Positions 50,612 through 63,091 of a stretch of DNA of 64,000 bases are shown here, one piece after another. A program made the position numbers and the translations under genes. Each line of letters opens with the position of its first letter. Within the stretch, counting starts at the first letter, position 1. Origin of the DNA: Zootoca vivipara (lineage: Eukaryota); contig NC_083285.1 of the NCBI RefSeq assembly GCF_963506605.1, forward strand, positions 43,462,001 to 43,526,000, written 5' to 3'. The notes beneath the pieces were generated by a model. The model saw only the letters and a list, made by a program, of their open reading frames with translations, did no database searches and had not been told where the DNA came from.

Positions 50612-51287
50612 GTACGCTGCATATCTCAAACATTCAGAAGTTGATAGCAGGCTGGACGAGGGAGGTAGTAGGGGTGAATTGATAATGTAGGGCCATACAT
50701 GCTTTTTTGATGTGCATTTATGTAGCTGGGACCGTGTCAGCACCAGGCACCTTCAGGCGGTTGCTAGGGCCACAGCATCCTGGCAGGGGTCACATCTGAT
50801 GCCTTCCCTCGCACTCCCCTTTGTTGGTTTTCCTGGTCTATCACTCTGAACAGCCCCAGGTGGCTCAAGCTAGCATCACCCTTGTGGCATTGTAGGCAGG
50901 TAAAACGATGGTTAGATAGTCCCAGTTGCTTATCACCACTTGGAATGCTGCGACTGCGGCTTGGTAAGTTAGGGCCCACTGACAGAGGACAGTGCTCACT
51001 AAAGGACACTTTAACCAGGGCTCCCTTAAACCTGGAGTTGGCTCAAGTGTATAATCTGGTTCTGGTGCTATGATCTTGCTGTAATAGCCGTGTTTAATTG
51101 GCCTGAGAATGAGCGTTGTGCCTGCCTGCTTCCTCCTCCTCCTTCCATTCTTCATTCTCTCTCAAGGCACAGTTGAAACATCCAGTGTTTTTTATAGCAC
51201 ATTTCCCCATTATACCTCAACTGGAAAACTCTGGTTAATTTTGGACAACAAACCGGGATGCGAAATCAAGGCCTGAAACTTCTAGAC

Positions 51288-51493
51288 CAGAGCTTTCCAA
51301 ACTGTGAGTCTTGACACATTTGTGTGTTGGCTGCAGTGTGCTGGTGTGTTGTGCGAACTCTCCCTGCGCTCCTCCCAGAGCTGGAAAGGGGTTAGTTTAA
51401 CCTCTGGTTTGCTAGTAAAACTGAATTACTGTGTTACGAAATGATGCATGTCCCAAAGGTGTGTCACCAACATGAAAAGTTTGGAAAGCTCTG
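51288..51493. mobile_element. hAT-type MITE (206 bp)
   Basis: Perfect 16-bp TIR CAGAGCTTTCCAAACT; 8-bp TSD TTCTAGAC (51280-51287, 51494-51501). Confidence 0.9.
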
Positions 51494-51714
51494 TTCTAGA
51501 CCATCAGGAGCATTGCTAGGCCTTTGAAAGACCTGGGGCACAGCCAATCACACATATTTGCATAAAATTTGCATGTGCTGATACGGGAAAGCCACCCTGT
51601 AAGCAAAGTAACATTTTTTAAAAAAAAGAGGGGGAGAAGATGCAGGAGAGCCAGAATCCAGTGCAAAAAAAATCAAAGGTTCAGTCCAGCCCGTTACAAT
51701 GTTCCTTAGACCAT

Positions 51715-51795
51715 AACGAGTCTCTTGGCACCTTAAAGATTAACAGATTTATTATGGCATAAGCTTTCATGGACTGGAAATCATCAGATGCATGA
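51715..51795 (-). mobile_element. Penelope pLTR remnant with degenerate hammerhead
   Basis: Minus strand GCAT-CTGATGA...GAAAGCTT-ATGC..TCTTTAAGGTGCC; stem II damaged. Confidence 0.6.
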
Positions 51796-52300
51796 AATTT
51801 AATCCTAAATTGGCAGGCATACACACACACCATGTGGGTTTTCGAGACAGGAGTTAAATAATGTAAATGGGTCATTGAGATGTTGCAAACAGATTGTTGG
51901 CAACAGGTTTTTTTTAAAACTTACTGGATTTTCTATACAAAGTGTAAATTTAGATTAAATTGGGAACAGGGGTAGACCTGCCTTTTGATGACTATGACAT
52001 TATGTGACCATTACACACACACAAAAACAACTAGCAAGGATGAGGAGCACTTATCCCATACTAAAGACTAGTTTGGATATACCAATAGTATGGAGGAGGG
52101 ACTGAAGAGGAGTGAGGTCAGAGGAAATGTAAATGTAAAAGTAAAAGTAAGCAACAGTAATAATTACACAAAAGCAAAAGAGTTACAATTAACAAGGCCA
52201 TGGTGCTACATTTATTGATTAGCTAATTAACACATGCAGTATGATAAAAATCCATAATCTTGATTTAAGACCATTATATTCCTGTTTAATTTCTTTAAAG

Positions 52301-52402
52301 ACACGCTGGGCTTCAAAGATGCTGCGAAAGTTTTTCGATGCGCCATGTATCCAAGCTATTGTACTGGACAGTTTCTGGTGGCAGTTTTTGCACTTGTATC
52401 AT
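52301..52402 (+). CDS. FAM227A: FAM227A exon (FWW motif)
   Basis: TRWASKMLRKFFDAPCIQAIVLDSFWWQFLHLYH|gtaag, 102 nt. Confidence 0.93.
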
Positions 52403-53660
52403 GTAAGAATAAGGGCTGAATATTGGGGGCTTGGAAGATATTTTTCCTCCTGATGTTTCGTTTCTGATTTGCAGCTGCTCAGTTTCTTTAGAGACAGTGC
52501 ACTCCTCTTTTAATGCTAGTCCCAGTGCCAGCCCAGCAACTGCAAATGAAGATTCCAGATTTTTTTTTTTTGCATTGCAGAGGCACAAAAAACCTGTAAC
52601 TTCTGCTTTGGACCTACTTGCTAGCCTCACTTTCAGTGCCACACAGGGATGGCCTGCCCGTTAAGTCAATAAATAAGCACTGACTGTCTTGCATCATCTT
52701 TCAGGGACGCTTTAGACATCCTCTTTATTGTGCATTCCTGATGTTTTGTGTCGGGGCAGTTATACACAGTCCTGCTTTCAATGCAGTTTGTGCCTGAATA
52801 AGTTTCAGGGTAGACATACTGTTTCCAGTCAGTGCATGTCTCATAACTTCCTGCTGAAATCCTGTAACTTTTCTAGTCCGTTTTTTTTTTTGTCCTGCTT
52901 TTGTTGCACTGCAGTGCAAAAACGCCCTTCAAGATGGCATCATGCAATAACATTGGAGATGCATTGGCAAACAGCTAATAAAGCAAACTGATGTGTGTAT
53001 GATCCAGTATAAATCCATCACTAATGCACAAATGCATTAAATCAATGGCATTTTGCAGAATCCACCCACCCACACAAACCAGTCTGGAGGGGCCCTTATA
53101 TTTAGACAACTGCCATATAGCATCCTTCGATCCAACGCCTGTCCTACTTTTCTTCATTATGTAGCCATTTCTTTCTTTTAAGTTATTTATCATTTTTTTA
53201 TAATAGTATTATTTACGGTATAATCACAGGGATTCACAAAGCAGCCAACAAATAATAAAAAAATCACAACAAAACATTTAAAACAGTAGCAAAGGAAACA
53301 GTTTAACACAGAAACCAGTATAATAGCATTATCAAATCATGATAAAAGCTAATGCTTTTAGAGCTGGTGCTGCACTTATTATCAGAGATACCTGGATCTC
53401 AGACAAGTTAACACTATATGTCTGCAGTAGCCCTTAGTATTGTGTCCAGTATCAAATCAGAAGCCAATTCACTACCGTGAACTCCAGCTAATGGTCTGGC
53501 AGCTGTATTTTGAACCAGGTGAAGTTTCTGTATGCTTTTCAAAGGCAGTCTCATGTACAGTATAAGTAGCTTTCATTTCACTATGTGTAGCTTTGCAGTT
53601 TATTCTACCTTATTCTGAAGCCTCATTGCAAACGCCTCACCTTTATTTCTCTCCCAATAG

Positions 53661-53765
53661 CCGAATCAAGAGATTCAGGGATGTTTGTTCGAACGCATTT
53701 CAGAAAATTATTCTCGCGTTCTGTTGGGCTGTCACAAGGTTGCCAATCAGGAACTCATCCTTACA
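53661..53765 (+). CDS. FAM227A: FAM227A exon
   Basis: PNQEIQGCLFERISENYSRVLLGCHKVANQELILT|gtaag, 105 nt. Confidence 0.92.
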
Positions 53766-55074
53766 GTAAGTATGAATTTTTTTTTGTAAAGAGATACCAG
53801 GTTTCAACCAGGGAAGTATCAGGCTGGTAAAAAAAACCCTGCTTTAAGCATGATACAATGCTTTCGATTTTGCAAATGCTGGAAGAATTTTAGAAGAATA
53901 TCAAGCTCCCGGTTAACTGAAAACAAATAATGTATTATATTAAAGAGTGAGAGCAGTGAGATTCTTTAAGGCTCTTTTGGTTTTTATTTTTGGTGCTGCT
54001 TTTTTCACTCTAGTGCAAATGTGGGAAATGTGGTCCTCCAGATGTTGGATTCCAAATCCCATCAGCCTTGGCTAGTGTGGCTAATAGGGATTATGGTAGC
54101 CCAACAATATCTGAGGGACCACTGGATTCCCATCCCTGTTCTATTGCCTAATGAGCACTTTGGGGAAATATATTCTTGTTTTGTTCTTGTTCAATGCTAT
54201 TGTTTTTTATTTACTGTAAGAAAATGCCCCAGAATAGGGGGTTCTGAGGCTCCCTCTTGTGTGAAATCTTCACCATAGAAATGCATGTTCAGACAGGCAC
54301 AGCAATACATGTATGTGTATGTATCTTGTTTAAATAAGAGATCAATTTATAGATTTCAGTGCTTTTCAAATGTTCCATCTTCAGCTACCAAGGAACTCTT
54401 CCACGTTTGCCATTAATCCTCAGCACAGCACAGGAGGATTCTGCAATTCCTTACTTTATATGGGGCACCAGTGCCTGGCCTGTTTGGCTGCACCACTGCC
54501 TTAGATGGTCTCACCTGAGAATGCAGCAAAACACATGCAGCATTCTTGGGCTGTGCACTGATGGAAATGATTGACTTTCAGGGATGTTTGTCTACATTAC
54601 TGATTTTATTTAGAATAATTACATTCAGCTCTATAGCCCCCTTGAAGCTCTCAAAGCAGCTTACAAAATATTCTTACAATAAAATCTTATTTAAAAACCT
54701 TTAACAAAGTTCTAAGGAAGCCTGAAGTTCTTGGAACCCAGTGTGAAAAGCCACTAGATAAGAACTTTGAATAAGCAACATATTGGCCTAACAACATGCT
54801 ATATTAATGACACGATTAGCAATCATGTTGTGGGTTTTCAAAAATTAAACACCAGATGTGGGGCAGAGGGCAATTGACATTGACAGTGTGCTGCATGAAG
54901 ACTCCAGCCATAATTTTGGTAAAAATTGCCCCTTCCCCTCCTGTGAGGCAGTTAGCATTTGGGGACAAACTCCCATTTGTGCCAATGAGAGATATTTTCC
55001 GAATGCTAATTTTCACCCTGATATTGCTTTACTGTTACTGTGCTGGGAAGGCTTAATACTCCCCTATCCTTGTA

Positions 55075-55311
55075 CAGTGGTACCTCAGGTTACAAACACC
55101 TGAGGTTACAAACACTTCAGGTTACAAACTCCGCTAACCCGGAAGTAGTACCTCGGGTTAAGAACTTTGCCCCAGGATGAGAACAGAAATCGTGTGCCTG
55201 CGGCATGGCGGCAGCAGGAGGCCCCCATTAGTGGTACCTCAGGTTAAGAACGGTTTCAGGTTAAGAACGGACCTCCGGAATGAATTAAGTTCGTAACCAG
55301 AGGTGCCACTG
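55075..55311. mobile_element. Tc1/mariner (Tigger-like) MITE
   Basis: TA|CAGTGGTACCTC...GAGGTGCCACTG|TA with internal GGTTACAAAC/GGTTAAGAAC repeats. Confidence 0.88.
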
Positions 55312-55464
55312 TACTGTGGTGACAATCACTCACCTGACCTGGTATTTAGCATTTCAAAACCCACAGCATGATTGTGGACCACATCATTAACTTAACATGT
55401 TAACAGTTAACAGTTGCAGTTAACCAATTTGTTTGAGCTCTGATTTCCTCTGCCTTGGTTTTAG

Positions 55465-55614
<150 letters not shown>

Positions 55615-56420
55615 TGAAGGGAGCTGCATAGACTTGGGTTGGAGATCCATGTTGCACACAACACAGTAATATTTATGGCAGTGCTTTTTTCCTGGGGGTA
55701 CACGGGTACACATACTCCTAAACATTTTGTGAATCTTTGTACTTTTGTCCATTTACTGTATTTATTTCCCCCCGATTTGAACTATAAAATGGTGATTTTC
55801 TTGAGTCAAAATGAGAGTACCCCTAAACATTTTTTTAAGGAAAGAAGTACTATTTTTAGCACTCCTTCAGCATAACATCACCAGTTAGCTGCCACCCCCT
55901 TCCCCTCTTTGAGCCACATTCAGTCATGAAATTTCTCTCATCTTGACATTTTAAAGCTGTCCTTAGGCTTCCTTCTCTTACCCTAAAGTCGAATCCAAAG
56001 AATCACTTGACTAGTTATAAGTTCCAGAGAAGAGCCATGTTAGTTTCCTGTAACAAAAGCACCTAGCAGTCCTGTAGTACCTTAAGAGAACGAACACATT
56101 TATTAAGGAATAATAATTGCCCAAGGGGGAATTTGCAATTGTATTTATTAAACAGCCATTCTCCATGCCACTTTGGAAATGGTTTTGGAAAGTGAGGCAT
56201 CCTTCAGAAACAGTTTTCAATATGGCATGAAGGCATAAAAAAGTCAAAAACCCATTGGGCATGCCTCAGTTCTTGGGTGGAGGCTGAACTGTCTTTTTCC
56301 AACATAAAACATAATCATACATAACACTGTCCAATAAGTTATGAATTACTGTGTATAGATGATAATAATGAGTGCATTCTTTTGCTTCTCACTATATGTC
56401 CTCCCCCTCGCTCCATGTAG

Positions 56421-56528
56421 GTAGCTTGAATGCACCAGGGAGGTATACTAAATGGGATTATTCTCAGTTAGAGCCAGAGCGATCCAGAAGAGAAGATTTG
56501 TTGTCCGGAAAAGGAAAATTAGGGACTG
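56421..56528 (+). CDS. FAM227A: FAM227A exon
   Basis: GSLNAPGRYTKWDYSQLEPERSRREDLLSGKGKLGT|gtaag, 108 nt. Confidence 0.92.
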
Positions 56529-57606
56529 GTAAGTCAAAATGAGCAAATCTTTCAATTTCAGTTTCTCATTTTTCAGATATAAAGTTCAGTTCTTTGCAAT
56601 GTTTTTAAAAATCACATGAAAATTCATTTAATGTGTGTCGCTTTCTCCTAATATTTACATTTTGTATGCAATTTTATTTATTTTCAGCTTTCTGTTTAAG
56701 GATGCTTTAAAAATGGGCATTTTGGGTGGGGGGGGAGGGTGCCTTTTGGTTGCTTGTTTTTTAATAATGTATTGACAACTGGGAGAAATTGATAAGTGAT
56801 GTAGAATTACTGGAAGCTGTAAGAAAGACACGTAACAATGCCCAGTGTGGGAGCGTCTCTTAATCTTTGACGTCTTTTACAGATGTTGCCAGTATGTGTT
56901 TCACTGTTGTTGTTGTGGATGATGATGATGATGATGATAACATCCTGCTATTTCTCCCAAGGAATTCAAGGCAGGGTTTTTCTGCTCCCTCTTATTTTCT
57001 CACATCAATCCTGTGAACTAGGTTCAGCAGAGAAGCATTCATTGGTCCAAGGTTTTTCTTATGCCTGAGTGAAGATTTGAGTCTGGGTCATCCTAGTCCC
57101 CCACACTAGGCCAGTGGTGGGGAATGTCTGGCCTGTGGTCCTAATTAGGAATTGCCTGCCTATTTGGGAACTTCCTTTCTCTAGTTGGGGAAAACGGGTT
57201 GGATTCAAAATGGAGCATTTGCAAAGGATAAAATTCAGCAGTTTCATACTTGGAGAAGGCAGTTTGAATGCATATATTTGCACATGTATGCAATCCTATT
57301 GTACATTTCCAATCTCTTAACCATTTCTGCACCAGCACAGATTGTGGTGCCGTGGAGTCACTATAGTGGGTAAGCGTCGTTTTGTAAAGAACCTTTCTCG
57401 GGTTTTTTCTGTTGGAGGCAGTATTTGCAAATTGCTTTTAAGAGGGTTTTCCTCTCTGTAGGTTTCATTATTGTGGGTTGTATTCCAGTGCTAGGCAAGC
57501 AGAATACCACTTGCACAGTGGGAATTTCGTTTCACCTGTGCACTCTGCAGATCTGCTTTGGAGGGTCTCACAACGTTCGGGAACTGATTTTGAGCAGGGA
57601 TGACTA

Positions 57607-57897
57607 TATAGCTGCCAAGTCTCCTGTTTTCCCCGGGAAATCCCCATTTTTCCAGCTGTTCCTAGCTGAAAAAACGTCCCCCCCCCAGTTTATTCTGGTG
57701 CGGCTGCCATTTTGGAACTGGGTGGAGCATGCTGCAGTGCGACTTCTGGCGCGGCGGCCATTTTGGAACTGGGCAAAGCAGCATCAAAAGTCACTTTGAG
57801 CATGCTCCACCCAGTTCCAAAATGGCGGCAGCGCTACTTCCGGTCTGCTATTTCCGGCCCGGTCCCTTATTTCTCTGACAGCAACTTGGCAGGTATG
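57607..57897. mobile_element. hAT-type MITE of the ATAGCTGCCAAGT TIR family
   Basis: TIRs match the 8242 element; internal direct and inverted copies of GCCATTTTGGAACTGGG; TSD degraded. Confidence 0.7.
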
Positions 57898-57989
57898 TGA
57901 CTGGAGAGCACAGGAGAAAAAGTTCCATTGTGTGCATGTAACTCTCCTACTTGAAAAGAGCTGTAGTATTGGATACAGCCCTGTGTAAT

Positions 57990-58365
57990 TGAAATATACT
58001 CGGAGTCGAGAGTGAATTTCATGCTCTTTATTCAGCTCATAGTCATCAAGGAGGAGAAGAGAAGACGAATGGCTCTTTTCCCAAAACCATCTGCTTATAT
58101 ACATTATTTACACAATGGGCCTTGCGTGATTGGCTACTTCAGGGCTACACCTGTGGGCCAATTATATTGTGGATTGACTTCTGCCTGCAGCCTGATTGGC
58201 TGCTCCTACAGGCCAATCAGGTAGCAGATTCACTTCTGCCAGCCGCCTGATTGGCTGCTCCAGCAGGCCAATCAGGTTGCGGATTCACTTCCACCTGGAG
58301 TTGGATTGGGTAGCTCCCGCTGATTCTGAATCCTATTGTTCTAGGATTCAGCTCAGTACATAACA
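57990..58365 (-). mobile_element. Solo LTR (376 bp) of an LTR retrotransposon
   Basis: TG...CA termini, perfect 5-bp TSD GTAAT (57985-57989, 58366-58370). Minus strand order: CCAAT repeats, TATATAA (58095-58101), AATAAA (58027-58032). Confidence 0.88.
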
Positions 58366-59085
58366 GTAATCAACATGTCTACTTCCAGGAGGTTTGATAT
58401 AGTATATTTGTGGTGTAGGAGGAGATTCAGTCCAGGTACAATAGATCAGAGGACTGTCTTTCCTAGGAGCTGTGAAGGGAGCACTGCCTTTTATTCACTT
58501 CCCTGTTTTGATGGGATTTACCCCCTTGGATCAGCAAAATATTCAAGTGTTCATGATTGTTCAGCTCGTACCTGGCTAGTTTAGAACCATTTGGGGTCAG
58601 CTTCCATATGAGCCTCGTAACTGATGGTGTTGGAAGAAAGATTGCTATGTACTGGCTAGGGTAGAGCATAGCCTTCCATAGGGAGAACCCTCATCATTTC
58701 AATAGGATTCTGTGAAATCCCCAAAGAAACAAACTGCATATGTAAGAAGTATAAAGTATGCATTGTGGATAGTGTGTTCTGTGTCCCAGGCAGAGAGAGA
58801 ATTCCCTATTCACCCAATCATAGGTAATAAGGAAATACCGTAAATTATAATAAGCAACTTTGATTTCCACAGGCTGTAATATTTCCTTTAGCAACTATAC
58901 GATACCAAGTACTACACGGAAGTACCCATTGAAACTCCAAAAGGTAAAAGGTTATTTCATTTGCAAGCATCAGTATAGGGGAAGGAGCTGTTAATATGGG
59001 CAAAGTGTTCTAAAGGTAGGTGAAAGATTATACTAGAGTGGTGGAGGATGAACTCATAGAATAAGGTGCTACTGAAGGAATTTTC

Positions 59086-59226
59086 ATAGAATCATAGAAT
59101 TGTTCAGTTGGAAGTGACTACAAGGATCATTTAGTCCAACCCTCTGCAATACAGGAATCTTGCCCTACTTGGGGCTTGAACCCACAACCTTGAGATTAAG
59201 AGTCTGATGCTCTTATTGATTGAGGC
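59086..59226 (-). mobile_element. tRNA-derived SINE with CR1-type tail
   Basis: Degraded tRNA-like head (..GACTCTTAATCTCAAGGTTGTGGGTTCAAGCCCC) plus (ATTCTATG)n tail. Confidence 0.7.
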
Positions 59227-59505
59227 ATTTGCTCATATGACTTAAGGTCTATAATCCCCATTGTACAATGATTTTAAGAAAATAGTACCAGTAACTCTTC
59301 CCAATGCTGTGTTGCATTTGGTAAATAAGAGTGAGCAATGATCTATTAAAAAGACATTTAAAATGCTAAGGTACCCAAATAATGCCCCAATATTTAAAGT
59401 CCTTTCCTCCTTTTTTAAAATCTCCAAACTCACTCCTCCCCACCCAAATTTAAGATGTAAAAACATAATGTGGTATGAATTTTTTCTTCATCTCTTGTGA
59501 TCCAG

Positions 59506-59578
59506 AAGCATGCATCCATTAAAAAAGTCAAGAAGTCTGCCTCCAAGAAAAAAATTCAAAAGGAGTTTCCTTTGGAAG
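59506..59578 (+). CDS. FAM227A: Probable FAM227A exon (low-complexity region; frame uncertain)
   Basis: Pyrimidine tract+CAG and AAG|gtaat donor; KHASIKKVKKSASKKKIQKEFPLE in phase 0->1 fits the next exon. Confidence 0.5.
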
Positions 59579-61099
59579 GTAATACAGTTAAAAATATGAT
59601 AAATGTATGCAAGATCTGTTGTAAACATCAGAGTCCTCCATTGCACTAACAGCATTGGTGTGGCATGCTTTCTCTGAGTGAGTGTATGCAAGTGTGTGTT
59701 GTCATGACTCATAAGTAAGAAATGTAGATGAATTAGTAGTTACTTGTTGGAGAGGCAACCTTATACAATTGGTATGCCTTGGAGAGAAGGATAATGCAGA
59801 ACACCACCAGGAGTAGTGACAGTGTGTGCTTGCCTAATCCCAAACCTGCACCAGTTCAGCTGGGAATGCAGCAGCAGAAGATTACAGTTATCCAAAACCC
59901 AGATTAGAAAGTGCAGTGCTTGCCTGACAGCATGAGACATCCCATTTCAGAACTCTACTTGGGAGGAATGGTTACTCTTAAGCATGGTTCAGATCAGGGC
60001 CCCCAGATGGGTGGTTCAGTAAATCTGACTTCTAAACCTGAAGCCACTATCTTTGGTAAAATAGCACTATGGAACACCTCCTTGGTTTCTGGTTCTGGTA
60101 TTCCCCTGGTTGGCTTCCTAACTGTTCAGCACTTGACCCTCTGATTCTTGATAACCTTGTTGCTACTGTTGAGACAGCTTTCCTGTTGGTCAGTACCCTG
60201 GCTTTAATAAGACCTCACATGCTTGGCTGGGCCACTTTCCTGCCTAAGCCAAAGACCAGGAATGGGATAATAGTGTTTTAAAATGGTATTAGTTGATGTT
60301 TTAAGCAAAAATGAGAGAGATAACAGACTTTGAATGAATTTGGGTCTAGACCAATGTCTACAGCATCCAGTACTACCAAGTTAGCCCATTCAGAGGGCTA
60401 GGGAGATGTTTGGAAGTTTTCTCAAGTACATGTAGCATTATTCCAGTAGTGCACAAGGAAAAAGTACAGTGTAGATCCACCTTTCCTAACATGGTGCCCT
60501 TTAGATGCTTTGGATTACAATGTCCATCAGACCCAGCTAGCACAGCTGCAAGTTGTAGTCCAAAACATCTGGAAGTCACCAGATTGTGGTAGCCTGATCT
60601 AGGCTGCATGTTAAATTCAGAAATTCACACAATTTTCAGGACTTTTTATTTTATTTTATGTAAAAAAAATCCATACCTGGAAATGCCCTTATTTACACTT
60701 TTATAAAACTCATTGATTCATGAGTCATATATGCATAGTTGGAGATCAGGATTGCCCAGGCTGTCCCTACCCAGGGCCTACCCAGTCTCTGCATATTGGA
60801 TGTCACATTTCTGTAGCAACGTAGAGGCCCCTGTGTATTGGTTCATATTGCACAAACTGTTCACTTGGATTTTGTAATGTACAGATTGTGCAGTTCGGGC
60901 CTGCATATAGTAGCTTCATGCAACCTGCCATAATCTTGCTGCACCCATTATGTGTAGGAATGCATAAGGTCTCCTTGAAATACAGTAAAGATTTCCATGT
61001 TATGTTGAAAGAGCTCACCTTTGAACAGCTTTCTTTCACATATGAATAAATCTCTCCTTTGGGTAAAGCATGGGTTTGTTCTCTCATTTCTTCATATAT

Positions 61100-61262
61100 T
61101 CAGTGGGCTCCCAGTAAAACGAGGCTGCGTTTTAAGTTTTATTTTAAGCTGTATTTTAATCAACTGGTTTTATAAAAAATGTTTTTTTATTGTATTTTAT
61201 ATTTAGTGTTAGCCGCCCTGAGCCCGGTCTTGGCCGGGGAGGGCGGGGTATAAATAAAAAGT
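61100..61262 (+). mobile_element. L2-type 3' tail fragment
   Basis: GTTAGCCGCCCTGAGCCCGG..GGGAGGGCGGGGTATAAATAAA. Confidence 0.65.
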
Positions 61263-61356
61263 AGTAGTTGTGGTTTATTATATATCATTCTTTTTAAATT
61301 AAGAGACAGCTTACATAACAACTGAGAAGCTTTTTTCTCCCTCTCCCAACCCTTAG

Positions 61357-61475
61357 AAAAAATGAGTCTATATTTTCACTCTTTGAGGACTAAAGAGGAT
61401 GATGAGCAGTATTTGTCTTACAAGGATCATCGCTCATCAAAAAAGAAAATGAAGATTGCTTTGCTTCCTCGAGAG
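61357..61475 (+). CDS. FAM227A: FAM227A exon
   Basis: ccttag|EKMSLYFHSLRTKEDDEQYLSYKDHRSSKKKMKIALLPRE|gtaat; open only in phase 1->0. Confidence 0.7.
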
Positions 61476-61604
61476 GTAATGTAATTCATGAAGAGGGGAC
61501 ATTTTAAAATAGCAGAATTACTTGAGGATAAGATAGTAACATATCCCTACTGTTTATAAAGATGTCCTTTGAATTCAGTACAAAAAAGAGTTTATTCAGC
61601 TAGG

Positions 61605-61935
61605 ATTATTATTATTATTAATAATAATAATACCCCGGCCAGGACCAGGCTCAGGGCAGCTAACATCAGAATATATAGTACATTAAAAACATAGAATCAA
61701 AAAATTAAAATACAACTTAAAATCAAGCTAAGGTCAGAATAGAATCAGATGGCAACCCACGAATTATAACTTTAAGGGTTGGGAACATTAACTGCTCACC
61801 AGGCCCAACTATTTGTGCTGGCCTTATATGGGCCAGTGGGAAGAGTTTCGAAGGCCACTAGGAGAGGCGGTCCCGTAAGTATGAGGGTCCTAGGCCATAT
61901 TGGGTTTTAAAGGTTAAAACCAGCACCTTAAAGGA
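61605..61935 (-). mobile_element. L2-type fragment, minus strand
   Basis: (TTA)/(ATA) tail, GCTCAGGGCAGCTAAC, GGTTTTAAAGGTTAAAACCAGCACCTT (reverse of KVLVLTFK). Confidence 0.55.
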
Positions 61936-62933
61936 TACAAGCTTAATGAGCATCTTGAATGAGCAGTTATATCAATCAGAGAGCAGTCCCAGATTATCTG
62001 TGAGCTGGTTCATGTTTGAAAACTACCCACATGGAAGTATGAGGGGCCACAGCCAGGCTGACCACAAGGCATCACTCATGCAGAAAGACTGTAACCTGCA
62101 GAAAGGTGAGTTTTAAAAAATGCTAGTGGAACCACAGAAAACGTGAATCCATGCACATACATGTCATTCATGCAAAAAGCATCTGTGAGCCCTGCTCAGC
62201 CATGGGTCAACCCTTCCCATTATTGAGGGGCTCACATTAGGATATTAAATATAGCGAGCTGTAAAGGTGAGGTGGCTACATTATTGTGCCAATGAACAAT
62301 CTGTAGGAAATAAAAAAATCAGGGATACAATAATGTATCTTCTAGATCTAGAAGAATGATGTATATTTGTAAAACAATTGACATTCTAAAGATATTTCAA
62401 ATCTTTCCCTTTGGTTTTTGTTATGAAAATTGAATGCAACAATTCAAGGTTTCTGTCCTGAAATGCAGCATAAATGTGAAATTTTTACTGCTTTTGATTT
62501 GTTACTTCCCCTGATAGGTTAAAGGAACAAATGCATCTACATAAAGTATACTGAATTCTGTTGCATGTAAAGTGAAATAGAATGAATAGCTGCCAGCTAT
62601 TACCAAATGTTGAATACTACATGCCTTTTGCCATCAAACATTAACTGCTGCTGCAAAATTATTGGATGTCAAATACACATGTCAAATTATTGGATTCAAA
62701 ATGATTGAATATCAAATGGTAGCTGGGGAATGTTTGGAGAATGTTCTTCAAAATTCAGGAAGACTTTGAGAAGCTATTAACAGGGTGTCAGCAGTGGTTG
62801 TTGTGGACAGTTTGAATGTATTATCAAAGTTCTGTGATCATTCACTCTGGATGGAAACAATTACAGTTGTAAGATGCTACATCCACAAATCTGAGTGTGA
62901 TAGAAGTAACCACTGTCCTCATTTATCTTCTAG

Positions 62934-63091
62934 TCACACCCAGCCAGTTCTGGTCCTGAGTACACCTGGCACCACCTGAATATTCATGGTCACTGCCCAC
63001 TAATTCAGCACTTTCTTCAGAAGCGGAATGCTGTATCAAAAGCAGGATGTGACACATTTTTAAGTAGGAGGGCGATCTGCAAGCCAATACC
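62934..63091 (+). CDS. FAM227A: FAM227A exon ending at an AT-AC U12 donor
   Basis: SHPASSGPEYTWHHLNIHGHCPLIQHFLQKRNAVSKAGCDTFLSRRAICKPIP|ATATCCTT; resembles human ...FNIYGKSPLIVYFLQ... Confidence 0.88.

Noticed and set aside
55075-55311. Spaced short repeats superficially like a CRISPR array
   Set aside because: Eukaryotic DNA; these are subterminal repeats of a TA-flanked MITE without unique spacers.
58467-58546. Alternative 80-nt phase 1->0 FAM227A exon candidate
   Set aside because: Open frame and decent acceptor, but a weak GTGTTC donor and no sequence similarity.
59160-59226. tRNA-Lys-like sequence
   Set aside because: Degraded and fused to a CR1-type tail, so a SINE.
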